Part shown: piece after piece, positions 38,471-52,685 of the stretch
How positions within the stretch are numbered: the stretch's first letter is position 1
How the letters are laid out: each line of letters begins with the position of its first letter
DNA from: the human T2T-CHM13v2.0 reference genome, Homo sapiens
Strand: one strand, 5' to 3'
NCBI RefSeq assembly: GCF_009914755.1
Contig: NC_060932.1
Length of the DNA stretch: 64,000 nucleotides
Position numbers and translations under genes: made by a program
Notes under the pieces: model-generated
The model's input: only the letters and a program-made list of their open reading frames with translations
Told to the model about the DNA's origin: nothing
The model's database searches: none

Positions 38471-39489
38471 TCTGTCCCTCAATGTCTGTCAGACACTCTC
38501 CACTGCAAAAGTTTAGCATCGCACTGGCAGTAAAGGAGAAATTTTTAAAGGAACGTACCCATTGTCTCTGAGAACATATTAGAGAGTGAATTTGAAACTG
38601 AGAGACAATAAATTGAAAACAGGCAAAGAAAGTAGGTATGGCTTGCCCACAATCACGCAGTGCCTTAGTGGCATAGTCAGGATGAGAGTGAGGGCTCTTG
38701 TCCCTTACCCCAGAGCTTTTTGTCACTATTATTAGCTTCACTCTAGCTCAGTCAAGTATATCTAGGAAGTATAAAAGAATATGAAAGGGCAGAGGTATTT
38801 GTTAAATGCCTACATCGTCCCAGTGGCTTCACATTAATTATGGCATTTAATCGTTGCAACAGCACTAAGCAAATAGGGATTTTATGTCCATTTTAAAGGT
38901 GGACTTGGATAAGTTAACTAGAATCTGCAAGACTGACAGTTGATCCCAAAGCTATGTTATATAGGCCTTGGCAGAAATGCCCAGAGGAACCAGATTAAGA
39001 AATGAAAAAGGGAACTGGGATTCTTAAAGGAGTCTTTCTCCTGTAGGTTTCCTCATTGGCCTGAGACTTTTGTCTTGGGATGACCCATTGCCATCCAGTA
39101 GAAAACCTTAACTGCTGCAGCCTCATTGCTCAAGCCTGATGATTCCTGACTTTGATCATTCTGGATTATTATTAAATCGATGATAAAGACCACTCTGAAT
39201 ACCAGCTGAAGCCAAATGTTTCTTGTACCTTAACTAAAATTTTTAATTTAATATAGCAATGCTATTAATACCATCAACATCATTTAGTATTCTTTTGATT
39301 TGGAGAAAGATTGACGGACAGAAGTTCAAATAGAGGCAACGAACCTTAGTGGAAAAATTATTTGCAACAGAGACAAAAGGCCTGGATTTAGACCAAGCTC
39401 TAAAATTTGCCAGTCTTGGGCCCTTAAGCAAATTATGTCATTTCATACAGTCTCCGTTCACCCATCTGTATACTGAAAATGTAGTGAAC

Positions 39490-39861
39490 TGTAATGTTAT
39501 TTGAATTAATAATTGCCCTTCTCTGTGGATAACCATATAGCCTCAGATACCAGATTTAACCAGCGACTTTGTTTTGGCCAAAGAAATGTAAGGAGAAGTC
39601 ACGTGATATTTTTGTGTAGAAACGTCAGGAGTCATTCTGTGATTCCATCAGTTTCTATTTTCTCTCTGCTGTTGCAACTGGCAGGCAGAGGCTGCTCCTT
39701 CAGCCCCAGGAACCAGTATAACTACGATAGGGAACAGAACCACGGTGAAACCATGATAGACAAGTAGCAAGAGTGAGAAAATCATCTTTGTTGTTGAAAT
39801 GTCCTGAGCTGTGGAAAGTATTTGTTATTGCAGCATGGCTGAGTCTAAGCTGAATTCCACA
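39490..39861 (+). mobile_element. MLT1I/J-like solo LTR
   Basis: gactttgttttggccaaagaaatgtaag...gaggctgctccttcagcc...gagtgagaaaatcatctttgttgtt...tttgttattgcagcat. Confidence 0.75.
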
Positions 39862-41062
39862 GGTGAAATTAACCTACACATATAGAGCTCCTTACAGCAT
39901 ATTCTTATTTTTTGCTAAAATGTCATATTTATTGGGCACTGATGATACAGTAAGGAATACGACAGACATACTGCTTGATTCTTTGGACCTCACGTTACAC
40001 AAGGAGAAGAAAGACAACAAAGAAATAAACCACAACAAAAAACAACATGATCATTTGCAATTTTCTCAGATAATTAGTCTTACTGAATATTTCAACATTT
40101 CTACAATACGTCAGACAATTTCAGGACTGAGAATTTGCATGATAATTGTGTTTTGCCAATAGGTTTCATTCTACCCATTTTACTGATTTATCCTCAACAT
40201 TGATCTCTGCAAAAAAAAAAATCTCCTGACTCCACTGGACAATTAACTTGCCCGTTCTTTAAGTTCTAACATGCCAAGTGTTAGTCAATTTTGTATCCCC
40301 AGATCTAGCAAAGGACCTTGAAAATTCTTAAGGCATTTGAAAATATTTTTATTAAATAAAAACATTGCCTAAATTATAAGCTTATTGTGTGGATGTCATG
40401 AAACCATTTATGTCTCAAAATGGGTTTTCTGTAAATCATGTTTTAAGAATTTAAAAATAATAATGTAAAGAATATTCAATATAAAAAATGTGATCACTAA
40501 AAGATCAGAAAATAGACTACAAAATTATATGTATAGTGCAATACAGTCTAAAACATATATTTAGATATAGGTATGGATGTAGGCATAAATAGAATTATAG
40601 ATTCTTACATCTATTTGGTGAGATTTGGGGTGACATTTGTTACTTATTTTTTTCTATAATTTCCAAATTTATTATCAGTAGATAGCAATTTAGTTGTTAT
40701 AAAAATAAGAACTGTGCTTGTGAAGTCAATTCTTGAGATTTCTGGGATCCATGATCACAATATGCTTAGGGGTAAGAATAATACGTGCTTTATATTTGTT
40801 GGAAAAGCTTAGTTGTTACGTGTTTAACAAAAGCAGATAATGCTTCCTATGGCCTGTTCACCATTTGAAGGATTATATAAAGATTACCTCATTTACCTTC
40901 ATTTTTCTATAAAATAAATATTATGTTCTCAATTTTACAGATAAAGTGTTAGAAGCACTGATTTGTTAAGAAAATTTCCAGAGTCACACAGCTATAACTG
41001 GCAAAGCTGTACTTCAAACTTGGAAAGTCGACTTCTAGAATCCAGAAGTTTAAGCCCTAGAC

Positions 41063-41256
41063 CAGCGGTTTTCAAAGTGTGGTTCCCAGACCAGCAGCGG
41101 CGGTGTCACCTGGAACTTATCACAAAGACAAGCTTCCGAGCCAACTTCAGACCTACTCATTGGAAGCTCAAGGTGGGGTTATGATGGGATCAGATACCTG
41201 AGTGATAACAAGCTTTTCAGATGAGTTTATGCAGGCTTGAGCTTGAGGATCATTGA
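41063..41256. mobile_element. MER5A (hAT-Charlie), adjacent to a MIR at about 40880-41060
   Basis: cagcggttttcaaagtgtggttcccagaccagcagc...cacctggaactt...agacctact...aacaagc...ttgaggatcattg. Confidence 0.8.
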
Positions 41257-43594
41257 TCTATACTGTGTTACCTTCCCAAATAACAAGAACACTCAAAAGC
41301 CTGTGTTTAAGTATTGCACATACCACTGAGTTATGCTGTGATCTCATTTGCCTGTTTGGAAAATGAATTTAATAAACTGTCCCATTGAACTCAAATTGAG
41401 TGTCAAGGGAGATGCAGAAGGTAGGCCCCTCTAGAAGCACAACCACAAAAATGAAACAAATCGGTAGAAATGTTCTATTTCAAAGGCATAAGACATTGAG
41501 GTTTTGTCAGAGTGTGACCTTCACAGACACCTGACCATTTATCAGGGAAGACACTATTTAAGTTTGGTTCTCAAAATAAGGTAGAAGAGATTCAATGAGA
41601 CAAAGTGTGAGAAGGCCCCTGAAGAGAGACTGGGCAAATCCGAGGTGTGTAAGACTAGGGAGTCTGGGTATGGTGGCCAGGGCACAGTGCATGTGGGCAG
41701 AGCCTTGCCATGCGTTCAGACATAAACAGGGCCTCTGTGTCACACAGAGAACTTGGGAGGCTTTCGAAGGATCTAATAGGATTATATGCCAAATTGAGAT
41801 ATCAAAATATTTTCAGTTTAATTTACACATATCGACCAGAAAAATCTAACGGCAATTTTTCTAAAATGCCCAATAGTTCCCCTAAAAATCAAATTCTTCC
41901 TTCATGCTAATGCAAGTATTTACCTGTCATTACTAAAATCACATAGAATTGCAAAATCTCTTTAATATCCAAGTGGCAATTTTTATTACCCCAAAGACAA
42001 AACGATTTTAGAAATTCTCAATGATGTGTGCTCTTATTGCCTCTGCTAAGAAACTGAGCCATGCTCATAATAATTAAATGACAAATTGTCCTACCTGTTT
42101 GGCTCATTGCAGCTCTTTGAAACTGCTCTTCAGAAATCCCCTCCCTGTCTTCAGAGCTAATACTTATCCTGGGCGCCATAGAGAGCAGTCACAGTGGCAC
42201 AAATGCACCATTTAAGGCTTGGCCTATCCTTAATTCCACTGGTTTCCAATATTCTAACATACTTACCTGTTTATACCCTTTCTCCATCCTTTATATGTAT
42301 TGTACGTAACTCTTTTCCTAACTAAAGTGTGAATCCTGGGTACCACTCCTCCTGACTCACCAAACCCCAGTACTCCCCCAAATCAGCTCTGAGATCATGT
42401 CCCTAATACAAACCTTCATTCTGTTTTCTGCTCTGAGCATTAGTTATCAATCATAATTCCTTCCTGCATTCAGGCATTGGTTTTACATTTTACCCTGTGC
42501 CCATTCATTATTTCATTCAACAAATAATTTGGATCACAACTTACAGATGCTTCCACATTTCAGATAATCCTTAAAGACCATACCATCTCTAACACTCTAT
42601 AGTAATATGGACCTGGTAGACAGAAATTCTGTTCTATTTCTCACTCTGACAATTACTAGTTGTAGGACTGAGCAATGCATTGCTTCTCTGTAGGTCTCAT
42701 CCTTTATACACATAACTTTGGCTCTTCCATAATGAAAGTTCAACTCTGTGAATTGACTGCATTCATGAAGCATTGCTGCCAAGGCTAAGAATTCCACTTC
42801 TATACATCAGATCCACAGGTTGACAAGCTATCTGCAATTCACATTAGAGGAAAACATTGCGCACTTTGCCTGTGATTTGCACTTGTGACATTTCCGGTGC
42901 TGTTCACTCACTCTCCATCCAAACAGCAGAGTTGCCTCATTCACATTAAATAAATCAGAGGTAAAAGAAGAAAACAAGGGAATTGTTCGGCAGATGGCTC
43001 AGATTCTTCATCTGTATCATTGCTGATCCAGGAGACGAACATTTTTGCACCACAAGATAAGTATCATATTATATGCAAATGGGACTTCAGAGAACATAAA
43101 CCACAGTAGGTTCTAAGACATCAAGTGAATTGTTTTTCTTTTCTATTCTATCTGATGTATGGAGTTGACAGTAAACATTTGACATGCTTTACAAATAATA
43201 ATCTGTTTAATCAGTGCAAGCACCAAAATCCAGATAGCTCATTCAGACATAACTTTCAGGTAAAAAGTCAAGGCTGTTGTCTGAGTTGCCAGAGAAGAGG
43301 AAAAATACCTGACTAGGAGAGCTAGAACTAGAAATTGGGTTTTAGTATGTAATGCAATTATTAATTCATACAAGAAGTTTTAACAAGTACCATGGCAACA
43401 CTTGAACGGTTGATGCATCTGAGAAACGGAGCTAGCAAGCCTTTCCTACACACAAGGGTGCTAGGGAGGACAAAATGAATTGATTAATGGGAATATGCAA
43501 GAATTCTTGTTTTCCATAAAGTATCAAAGTGAATCCAGAGAAAATGGCCCAGTGCAGCTCATAAAAAAAACCCATGGGTAGCATACTGCTCCAT

Positions 43595-43770
43595 CTCAGA
43601 ATGTCTCAACTTTGGTACTGTTGACATTTTAGACCAGAAGATTCTTTGTTGAGTGTGGGGGTGAGAGGCTGCCCTGTGCATTGCAGGGTGTTTAGCATCC
43701 TCCCTGGGCTCAACTCCCTAGATGCTGGTAACAACCTCCCCAACACAGGCATTGCCAAATGTTGCTGGGA
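43595..43770 (+). mobile_element. MER20 (hAT-Charlie)
   Basis: tctcaactttggtactgttgacattttagaccag...ggctgccctgtgcattgcagggtgtttagca...ctagatgc...cattgccaaatgt. Confidence 0.85.
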
Positions 43771-44388
43771 GACCTCTCTTTCAAGACGACTGCTGCTAGA
43801 TCCTACTGATTCCATGTTTCACCCTTGGCTTTTTGGGTATTGAATCTCAAATTTGAGAAACATGCACAGGTGATCATTCTCAAGGGGACTGACTCACAGT
43901 GACTGAGCTTATATGGGGCAGAGGAATAAATCCAATGCCAATACAATAGTTTCAACTAAAAAATAATAAATGGTAGCTGCCTCCACTGGAGTGTCCTGGC
44001 AGGCTGATCAGTGCATCCTCTTCTGTCCAGTGATGTACACAAGAAACCAGGTTCTTAACATAAGATTGCTTGGTAAGAAGCCTGGGTTCAGAGCAAAGGG
44101 AGTGAGTTGCTTGATTCCAGGAGTTTTCTCCATGGATCCAGGGGACACTGGGCCATTTCTCAGATGCCTCAACCATGGAAGAGATGCCATGATACTCAGT
44201 TTTCCTCTGGAGACTTCATAGGTTACCTGGTTAGAGTAACAAGCCCCTGTAAGGTGCTGGAGCCACAATGACACATTATTCTTCTTTGGTGTTTTGCAAT
44301 TTTTGAGTCTGTGAGCTCCCTGCTTCCTTTCCCTTACACATGTGTTTATGTGGAGAAGGCGGGGGGTTGGGTAAAACCTCACTGATGA

Positions 44389-44758
<370 letters not shown>

Positions 44759-45329
44759 CATAATGTGGGTTTTCTACAGTTCATTTATTTAAATTGTGAA
44801 AAACATTTGTTCCGTGTTGTGAGAATTTTTGCTATGCAAAAGCTGAACAATGAGCAGCTTTGTTTACCTATCCTGACGTATTTGTGTTTTTATTTCTGAA
44901 GATTCTGAAAAGGGAGCGGCTGGATCAAGGGAAGTGTGTGTTTTTAATTACAGGTGCCAATAACAATGATAAGAATGCTGATGGTCATGCTAATTGTGAT
45001 GATGATAAATAAGAAACACACCACCATTGTTTACAATGAGTTCATAGAAAGCATCAGTTTGTTGTGCTCCAGTAAACAAAGCCTCTCACACTTGCATGAA
45101 CAGGGATCAGGTGGGATTGCAGGAGCCCCTGGCACTTAGTAAAGCTCCCACTCTCTCTCCTCCACCAAAACACCCGAGTTCACCACCACTGTCTGCCCTG
45201 AGGTCATCAAGGTTAATTTCAAGTGTCCTTTACCGTACTTACTTTGGTCCCTCCAAGAGTCCTGGGACTCTCGGGTCATCCTTTATCTCCTGAATTCTAA
45301 TCTCCATGTGGCTCCTTGGTCAGTGAGAC

Positions 45330-45590
45330 AGGATCACCCTGACTGAAGCATTCCCCCTCACCTTATTTTCTTGCTTTATTTTTCTTCTTAGGAACTATCA
45401 ACACCACATATTATATCTTGTGCTTATTTATCTGATGACCTTCCCCTATTGTAATATCAAGTATTTTCTCTAAGGTCCAAGAGGGCAAATAGTTTCTGTG
45501 TTGTTCTTCGCTTCATCCTAGCACCTAGAACAATGCCTAGCATACAAATGAAGTTTAATAAATAGAGTAGAACAAATGAGTGAATAAGCG
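45330..45590 (+). mobile_element. L2 3' end
   Basis: gctttatttttcttcttagga...agagggcaaatagtttctgtgttgttc...catcctagcacctagaacaatgcctagcataca...aataaata...aatgagtgaata. Confidence 0.78.
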
Positions 45591-45799
45591 CTAATAGATA
45601 CATGAAGATGAGTAAGACAGAAGATAATTGCTTTTGAAATTTGGAGAACAGAGAGGTAAGAGGAATGTGCTTTGGGGAACATCACGGGAGGCTTCATGAA
45701 GAAGGTAGGAATGAGACAGAGTGGTGCCAGCCCCATCTCAGGACATTTAAACACTACTGACCTCTTCATCCAACTGCACACTCCCCACTCCACGGACCA

Positions 45800-45952
45800 C
45801 ACAGATAAGGTATTTAACCTCTCTATGCCTCAGATTTCCCATCTGTAAAATGGGGGTAATAATAGTGCCCACTGCATAAGGTCATTGTAAGACTATTAGT
45901 TAATATGTGTGCAGTACATACAGGAAATGCTATGTAAGGGTTACCACCATTG
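45800..45952 (+). mobile_element. MIR SINE
   Basis: tatttaacctctctatgcctcagatttcccatctgtaaaatgggggtaataatagtgccc (MIR core). Confidence 0.85.
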
Positions 45953-47233
45953 TTATCTCCAGTATAACAACTATCTTATTCTTCTGGATTTGCACCTAAC
46001 ATATGGTAGGTGTGACATAATATATTTTGAAGGTCTGTCTGGACTTCAGTAGTGAGAAGGTACACAGCAAAACACAAGCTGCACAGACAATAGTATGCAT
46101 GACACATTGGAAACAATGAGAAAAAATTTAAACTGTTTAATCTTGAAGATTCATCCTCTTAACTCCTATAAAGAATTAAAGGTTCCACTTTTTGATCTTT
46201 CGGGAAAGAGAACTTAAGTATTTAAAAATAATAAACTTTAAAATCAGGAAACAAAAATATGACTTGCTTAATTGTACTTTTTTCTCTTAATTACAATCAA
46301 ATGAAGGATTCAAATGTATGAAGTTTATGCTGCCATTCATTTCAAAAGGTCATATGGTTTCGGGAGACAGGGCACAGGAGAGGGCTTGGATAATATGAGG
46401 TCACTACCTAGACCACAGTTCATTGGCAGTGAGCTCGTGGCCAATCCGTGAATGCATAGTCTCTGAGCCCACCTTTCTTCATGCATTAATTTTGGAAATA
46501 ACTTTTGTACTGCAAATTACTCCGGGTTCTTCAAAGAATGAGATGAGTTAATGGATGCAGCTCCACTGTGCAAAATAAAAAGATTATGCAAATTTGAGGA
46601 GTCATTATGAGAGGAAAATTGGAGTAAGGTCAAGGGAATTTTTCCTTCACTGTTTGTGGTCGAAAAAGTATGTGTCAGGGTTTTTAAATGATGCAGAAGT
46701 GATCCGTGGACATGAGAACTTTCCCCATTTCTGACATTTTCTATTTTCGTTTCTGCTTTTTCTGAACTTAAATAAGACACTGTGTTCTGCTGACAAGAAA
46801 AAAAAATACTAAACCCCTTCATTTCTCTGAATACACAGATAGATGGTTAGAACCTGAGAATGACTCAGCCCCTGGCAAGATCATTTCATACTGTTCAGAA
46901 TCCACTCTGCCCCCTGCAGGGCAAAGTTAAAAAAAATAGCTCTTTCTGTTTTTCCCTCAAGGTGAGAAATCATAAAATGAAGATAGAGACAGAATAACAC
47001 AACCAGAAAAACACAGGCAAGACCTCAAGCATTCTCGGGCTGCCAATTTGGCTGGAGAAATGAAACATGGGAAGGATGCTGAGTGTCTGGGCTGGCCAGA
47101 GAAGATGAGGAAGTGAATGTATGGCCATTGCCTGAGTGGGTGGGAAGAAAAGCCAGAGCTGGGCCACGGCCCCCTACTCTGCCTCACTGAAGCTGTGTTG
47201 CCATAGCCACATCCCTATAAATGAGCATAGGAT

Positions 47234-47279
47234 TTTTGACCATGAGATTAATCAATGGTTTTGACTATGAGATTAATCA
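47234..47279. repeat. 25-bp-period tandem duplication
   Basis: ttttgacYatgagattaatca twice, separated by atgg. Confidence 0.92.
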
Positions 47280-47379
47280 GGATAGGAGGAGCCTGGTAGG
47301 AAATAGGAACATATTTAGAGGGATGGTACAGTGAAAAGCACGATGGCCTTGAAGACAGGGGCCCTGGGTGTGCTATCTA

Positions 47380-47680
47380 TGTTATGCATTCAGAAAACTT
47401 TTATTGAGTGTTTACAATGCGTCAGGCATGTGATAGTGCTGGGAATGTAAAAAATTGGCATGATTAGGTCCATGATGTGAAAAAAAAGTTAGTCTCTTAG
47501 AAAGAAATTCTGAAACAGACTACTGAAATACATCATGTGAGGTATGACAGTTTAGGTGGGTCAGAGGTAGTAGAGTAGAATGGAAGGGACATGATTTAGC
47601 CTGGGGGCTGTGGAGAATGTGGGGTATCAGAGAAGCCTTTCTGGAAGGTTGAATCTAGAAGAGCCAGTGCTGTTTATTAA
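47380..47680 (-). mobile_element. L2 fragment
   Basis: cattcagaaaacttttattgagtgtttacaatgcgtcaggcatgtgatagtgctggg...tcagagaagcctttctggaagg. Confidence 0.7.
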
Positions 47681-47733
47681 GAGCAGACATGACATGGGGA
47701 CCCCAACCTTCTCCCTAAATACATTCTTCACTA

Positions 47734-47772
47734 CTCAGAGAATTATATCACTAGCTCAGAGAATTATATCAC
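47734..47772. repeat. 21-bp-period tandem duplication
   Basis: ctcagagaattatatcac twice, separated by tag. Confidence 0.92.
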
Positions 47773-48484
47773 CATTCACCTAGCTTCTTGAGCTGTCACA
47801 AACCTGAATGTCAACCTGGATGCTTTTCTTCCCTTCATCTGACATATCAGGTCTTCTAGGAGAATCCACATATGGGCCACAATGTGGAGGTGGGAGTGGC
47901 CATGCTGCGCACAGGGGCTGACTCAGAGCCTAGAGGATGAAGCTGGATCAGGAATGTGGTAAAACGCTACTCAAAGGTGTGAATTTTCTCTTATGTGTAC
48001 TCATTGGTGGCTTTTTCCCTTCAGCCAGCTTGGCTAGATATAAATAATTTTCAAAAAATACATAAGCTAAATTCAAGGCACTCAAGGGTCTCCCAAACAC
48101 AAAAGCAAACAAACAACAAGACAATAACATCCATGAAGCAAGTGTGAAGGAAACTGAAGAAAACGAGAAGAGGACCCACATCCTTGTGCAAAGGATTTTA
48201 AATGTTTCAACGTAGACCTCTCAGCAGCCCTGGGAGACAGGTGGTACTGACATCTCCATGTCACGAATCCATGTGCCTGGGGATTATAGGTCCCTGACCG
48301 CCGAGTAAATATACAACCAGGAAGTCAGACCTATCTGCCGCCCATTGTATCTTGTAGACTATAATGTAGCATTGGCACTATTACCTATGGGGGAGGACAG
48401 TACATCCCATTCTTTGCCATTTATCAAAAGCATTTGGAAAACTTGAGTTTTGCCATATAAAAAACCCAGTGTCCTAAGGTGATG

Positions 48485-48485
<1 letters not shown>

Positions 48486-48516
<31 letters not shown>
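48486..48516. repeat. Pure T31 run with no adjoining retroelement body
   Basis: Direct observation. Confidence 0.95.
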
Positions 48517-48518
<2 letters not shown>

Positions 48519-49956
48519 TAAGGCACAGCAGGAGCAAAGCCACAGTGTTGAGAAACAGCATGTTTCACAGGGAGAATCACAGCACATGACTGCAGACAGG
48601 GAAGCAGAAGCAGTGGAAACTTACAAACATGAATCTACTTTTGCCCTCTGTTTAATGGCAAATGTATAATAAATTGTATGGGTTTAAACAATGAAGGATT
48701 AAGGATGCCCCTAGGGACAGCGTGATAGTAAGACCACCCCCATGCAGTAGTTGCCTTGTTACAAGGGATGAATGTATCTCAACAGTTATCATTCCAGCTG
48801 AATTTTGACCCTCCAACAGGTCCAGATGGAAAAGGATGCTTGGAGAAAGAGAAAATTTGTTTTTAATTTCTCTACTTCCTAGCTCTGGACTCAAACAAAC
48901 TTTCTAATTTTCTTAAATCTTCATTTCCCTGAATGTGAGAAGTTTGAGAAAGCCCCTTTCCTAGAATTGCTCTCAGGATCAGACGAAATGATGTTAATTA
49001 TGGGAACAAATGTTGCAGATTAGAGAGGCAATGAAATAGGACACTGGCTTCTAATCTCACCCCTGTCAAAGCTTTCCTGAATAATCTGTGTGCAATCATC
49101 TGATCTTTGTGAATCTCAGTCCCTTTTATGTAAGAGGAGAACAGTAGTATAAATCTTATAAAGTAGTTGTGAAAAGATGAGATTTCATATACGAACAGCT
49201 TGGCGTGGTGTTTTCTACCAGTAGAGGCTCTAAAATGGTAGTTGTTTTTGCAATCAGTTCGGAAGTACTTTGTACACTGAACAGAGCCTCACAAAGATTA
49301 ACTCTTGTTATTGTTACTGTCAAGACACAGAAAGATTAATTGTCATAGCAATGTCATTTAGTTGGCCAATTAGAAAATATTAACTTCTCAACTCATAAGT
49401 CAAAAGATGTTGGGGCACCAACTGTGCAACTCACCTTTTCCGGTTGAATATGTAAGGTAATTAAAGGAAAAGACATTGGGTCAACCTAGAATGGCACTTC
49501 CTCATCCCACTTGACTCCAGAGAACACAATTATGTCATACGAATTACAATTAATAACTGAAATATAGTTCTGTAGCTTAGGTGGCTCTTTCAAATCTATT
49601 TTCTTGCTTGATCCTCATAAGAACAATGTAAAGTGAAGAATGTGACAATGTCTGTCATCACAGAACTAAAGATCATTCATATCCAAGTCCAGAGAATTAT
49701 GTTTAAAGTTCATAGAAGCAGACCTTAGATTATCTGACTTGAAGTCATATATACCCTTTATGAACACATCATCCTACCTCCCCAGGTATGCCAGCTACAA
49801 GAAGACACAGTAAATCCAAAGTGGAAATGGGAGCGGGATTTCCCGGCTGACCACAGTTCATCCATTAGAATGAGGTGTCTAGGAGAGGCTGCAGAGTGAT
49901 CGACAGGCGTGTTGTTAAAGGAATCTCAGCATCGGGCTCTGAAGGAAAGAATTCTA

Positions 49957-50390
49957 CATTCATTCATTCAGGACATCTTTGTTGAATGTATTCTATATGC
50001 CAGACACTGGGATAAAGACATGAGTAAGATAAAACTGCCTGCCTTCGTGGAGTACTATTCTTCTAGAGGAGGCAGAGGCATTAGATAATAATCAGGCAAC
50101 ATAGAAAATGGGATGGCTCAGGTCTGAAAGAGCTTTCCAACAGTAGTGAAGACAGTGAGTTGACCCTGTCCGAGTCTAAAAGGATGATTAAGATTTGATC
50201 AGTTGAACATGACCAAAAGACATTCCAGAAGGAGGGCACAGCATGAGTTAAGCCATGGTAGTGAGAAACAGCCAACGCACAGGAGAATCACAGCGGACTC
50301 CCGATGTTGGAAAGCACAGGACGTGGCAGAAAGATTCAAGCAAGAAGGTCGGGGACATAGGCAGAAATCTTGAATGCTGCATTACATTAC
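49957..50390 (-). mobile_element. L2 fragment
   Basis: cattcattcattca...tttgttgaatgtattctatatgccagacactggg...ctgccttcgtggag...cattccagaaggagggcacagcatgag. Confidence 0.78.
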
Positions 50391-52685
50391 ATTTCAGATT
50401 TTTGCTTAGAGTTTCCCTTGAATGTTGATATCCCTTGCCCTCAAAAATGTGCATTCTTACTGGAGAAACGAGGAGGGCAAGGAGAAAGGACATAAGATGC
50501 TCCTTCCAATCTACTATAGTTATTTAACTGCCTGGTGCACACACAGAAACAGAGAACTTAAAATTATTAGAGACAATAATTTCAGCCTAGCTTTGTTATA
50601 CAAGTTTCTGACCATCCCCACTGAGTCTACACTCTTAGAATGAAAAAATTAACACCTGTAACACAGTCCCTATTTTCTCTCTAGATCACACACTTTTGTT
50701 ATACACGGTTAGCTATTAAGTATCTCTTTTACTGTAATCAGCTTAGAAATTATAAAATATGTTGAGTGAAGTAAAGACAGTTGCTCTCCATTTTTAGTTT
50801 CAGTTTCCTTATATTAAATGATTATTGCAAAACTAGAAAGTGTGGCCAGGAAATAAGCAGATAAACAGATGCACGGGTGGAGGGGACAGTCAAACTGGTG
50901 GCAATTGCAAAGTTTTGATTAGAAGGATTTGGGAAAAGCGCAATTCCAGACATCTGTGATTGCACCATGAAGATTTGAGAAAGGAATGACCCTTATTTAC
51001 ATATTGCTCTTCTTTTCTAGCTGCAAACTTTGCTTCACAGTCTATTCTAACTTGAGAAAAAGGTGTTTTGATTTTCCTCTTCCTTCCAGTCCTTCGTTTC
51101 TCAGAATCGACCCTCCACATTCATAACTATTGTGTTCATTTGTTGCCTCAACATTTGAAAAATATCAGGGATATCAGGGAATATCTATTTCTTGTTTTAC
51201 ACATGAGGTTGTTTATGGCAACCAGCCTTGCTATTTCTTGGAACTTGGTTAGGATTCACTCTATTGAAACTTAACCAGCAGAAGTACTGTGAAGTACTGT
51301 GCATACAAAGAAGTCAGGGTTCAGGGCCTTTTGGAAACATGGACTCGTTATTACACCATTTCATTTCACCATAGTGATGATGTTCAACCAGACTCAGGGT
51401 TCTTTGGGGTGGGGAGCCTTTTGTCTTTGTCTTATTAATCCCCTTATTTTTTTCCATCTAGCTCAGATTTGGACTGCTATGCACTTAACAAATATCAATC
51501 GAGTGAAATATTTACATATTATTTACCAGATATTCAGAGTAATCCATCTGATGGATGAGAAGCCTAAATAAGCAGAGATTACATGATTATCTAAGTACTA
51601 GGTCTGAAGCATTAGAACTGGGAGTGAGCAAGGGAATCTGAGCCTGGGTGAATCATGTTTGGTTTACTGCGGACAAGTGGGGAGTTTGCCTAAAGTTTCA
51701 GGATAAAGGAAGATCCGGAAATGAAGGCTAAAGTTGTGCAGTCAGTGGAATGGAAAGGAGAATAGAAAGCAAGTGTGGAAGAGGAAGGAGAGGTTTCCAC
51801 TGTCATGCAGGGCACAAAGCAAACTAAACACCTGCTATGACGCCGGCTCTGATGGAGCTTACAGTGTAGGGAGAGCCGGGGCAAATGCAAGGATAGGACT
51901 AGAGTACCCAGGTGTTGTTTCTTGGGATTTCTCATTTCTTGGATGGATTTATCAGACTAAAATAAGTAGAAATTATGTGTAAAACAACTCACATTTTCTG
52001 CTCAGTAGGTTGCATTTCTTCCTTTTCCCAAAATGAGGCCTATAATATTTAAAGAAAACTAGCTGGTCAAGTGGAAGAAAGAAAATGATCTGGTTGTAAA
52101 TTTGATTCTCATTTATTATGAATCAAAATCACCATGACCATTTTATAGCCGAATCATTTCTCCATGTGGAGAAACATTCCAAGACAACCTGAGGAATCAT
52201 GATTTGCATTTTGAATGTATGTTACATGGCCTGACCCCCTCTGATGCTGATTAGCCCTTGCTCTTATCACAGCATTTGTGTTTTGCTCATATCTATGTCT
52301 AGAGTCACAACCAGCCTCCTTAGGGCAAGAGAGTTCGGACATAAAAAGCACCACATGTAGAATCCAAGGAACATTGAATAAATTATTGTTAAACATCATG
52401 AATGCGTTTGCAGGTAAAGGGTTTCAATAACATCAGCAACATAGAGATTTTTTTTCCCCATGAAGAATCTAAAAAATTAAGAATATCTTAAAAAACAGAG
52501 CTTGTCAAAAACATATTGCATCTGAAAAGCATTACTTAAAATAGTATTAATGTACTGGGAACTCTATAACCTAAAGTTGTGTGACTGATGCTGTGAGAAT
52601 AAAACCATGTATTGTGGATTTAAGAAGTAAACTCATTTCCCCAGGAGTCATTGAAAGTGAGCATATTTAGGGATTAGCTGTTTAC

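Noticed and set aside
39598-39607. CLEAR/E-box-like GTCACGTGAT
   Set aside because: A single motif inside an old MLT1 LTR with no promoter context.
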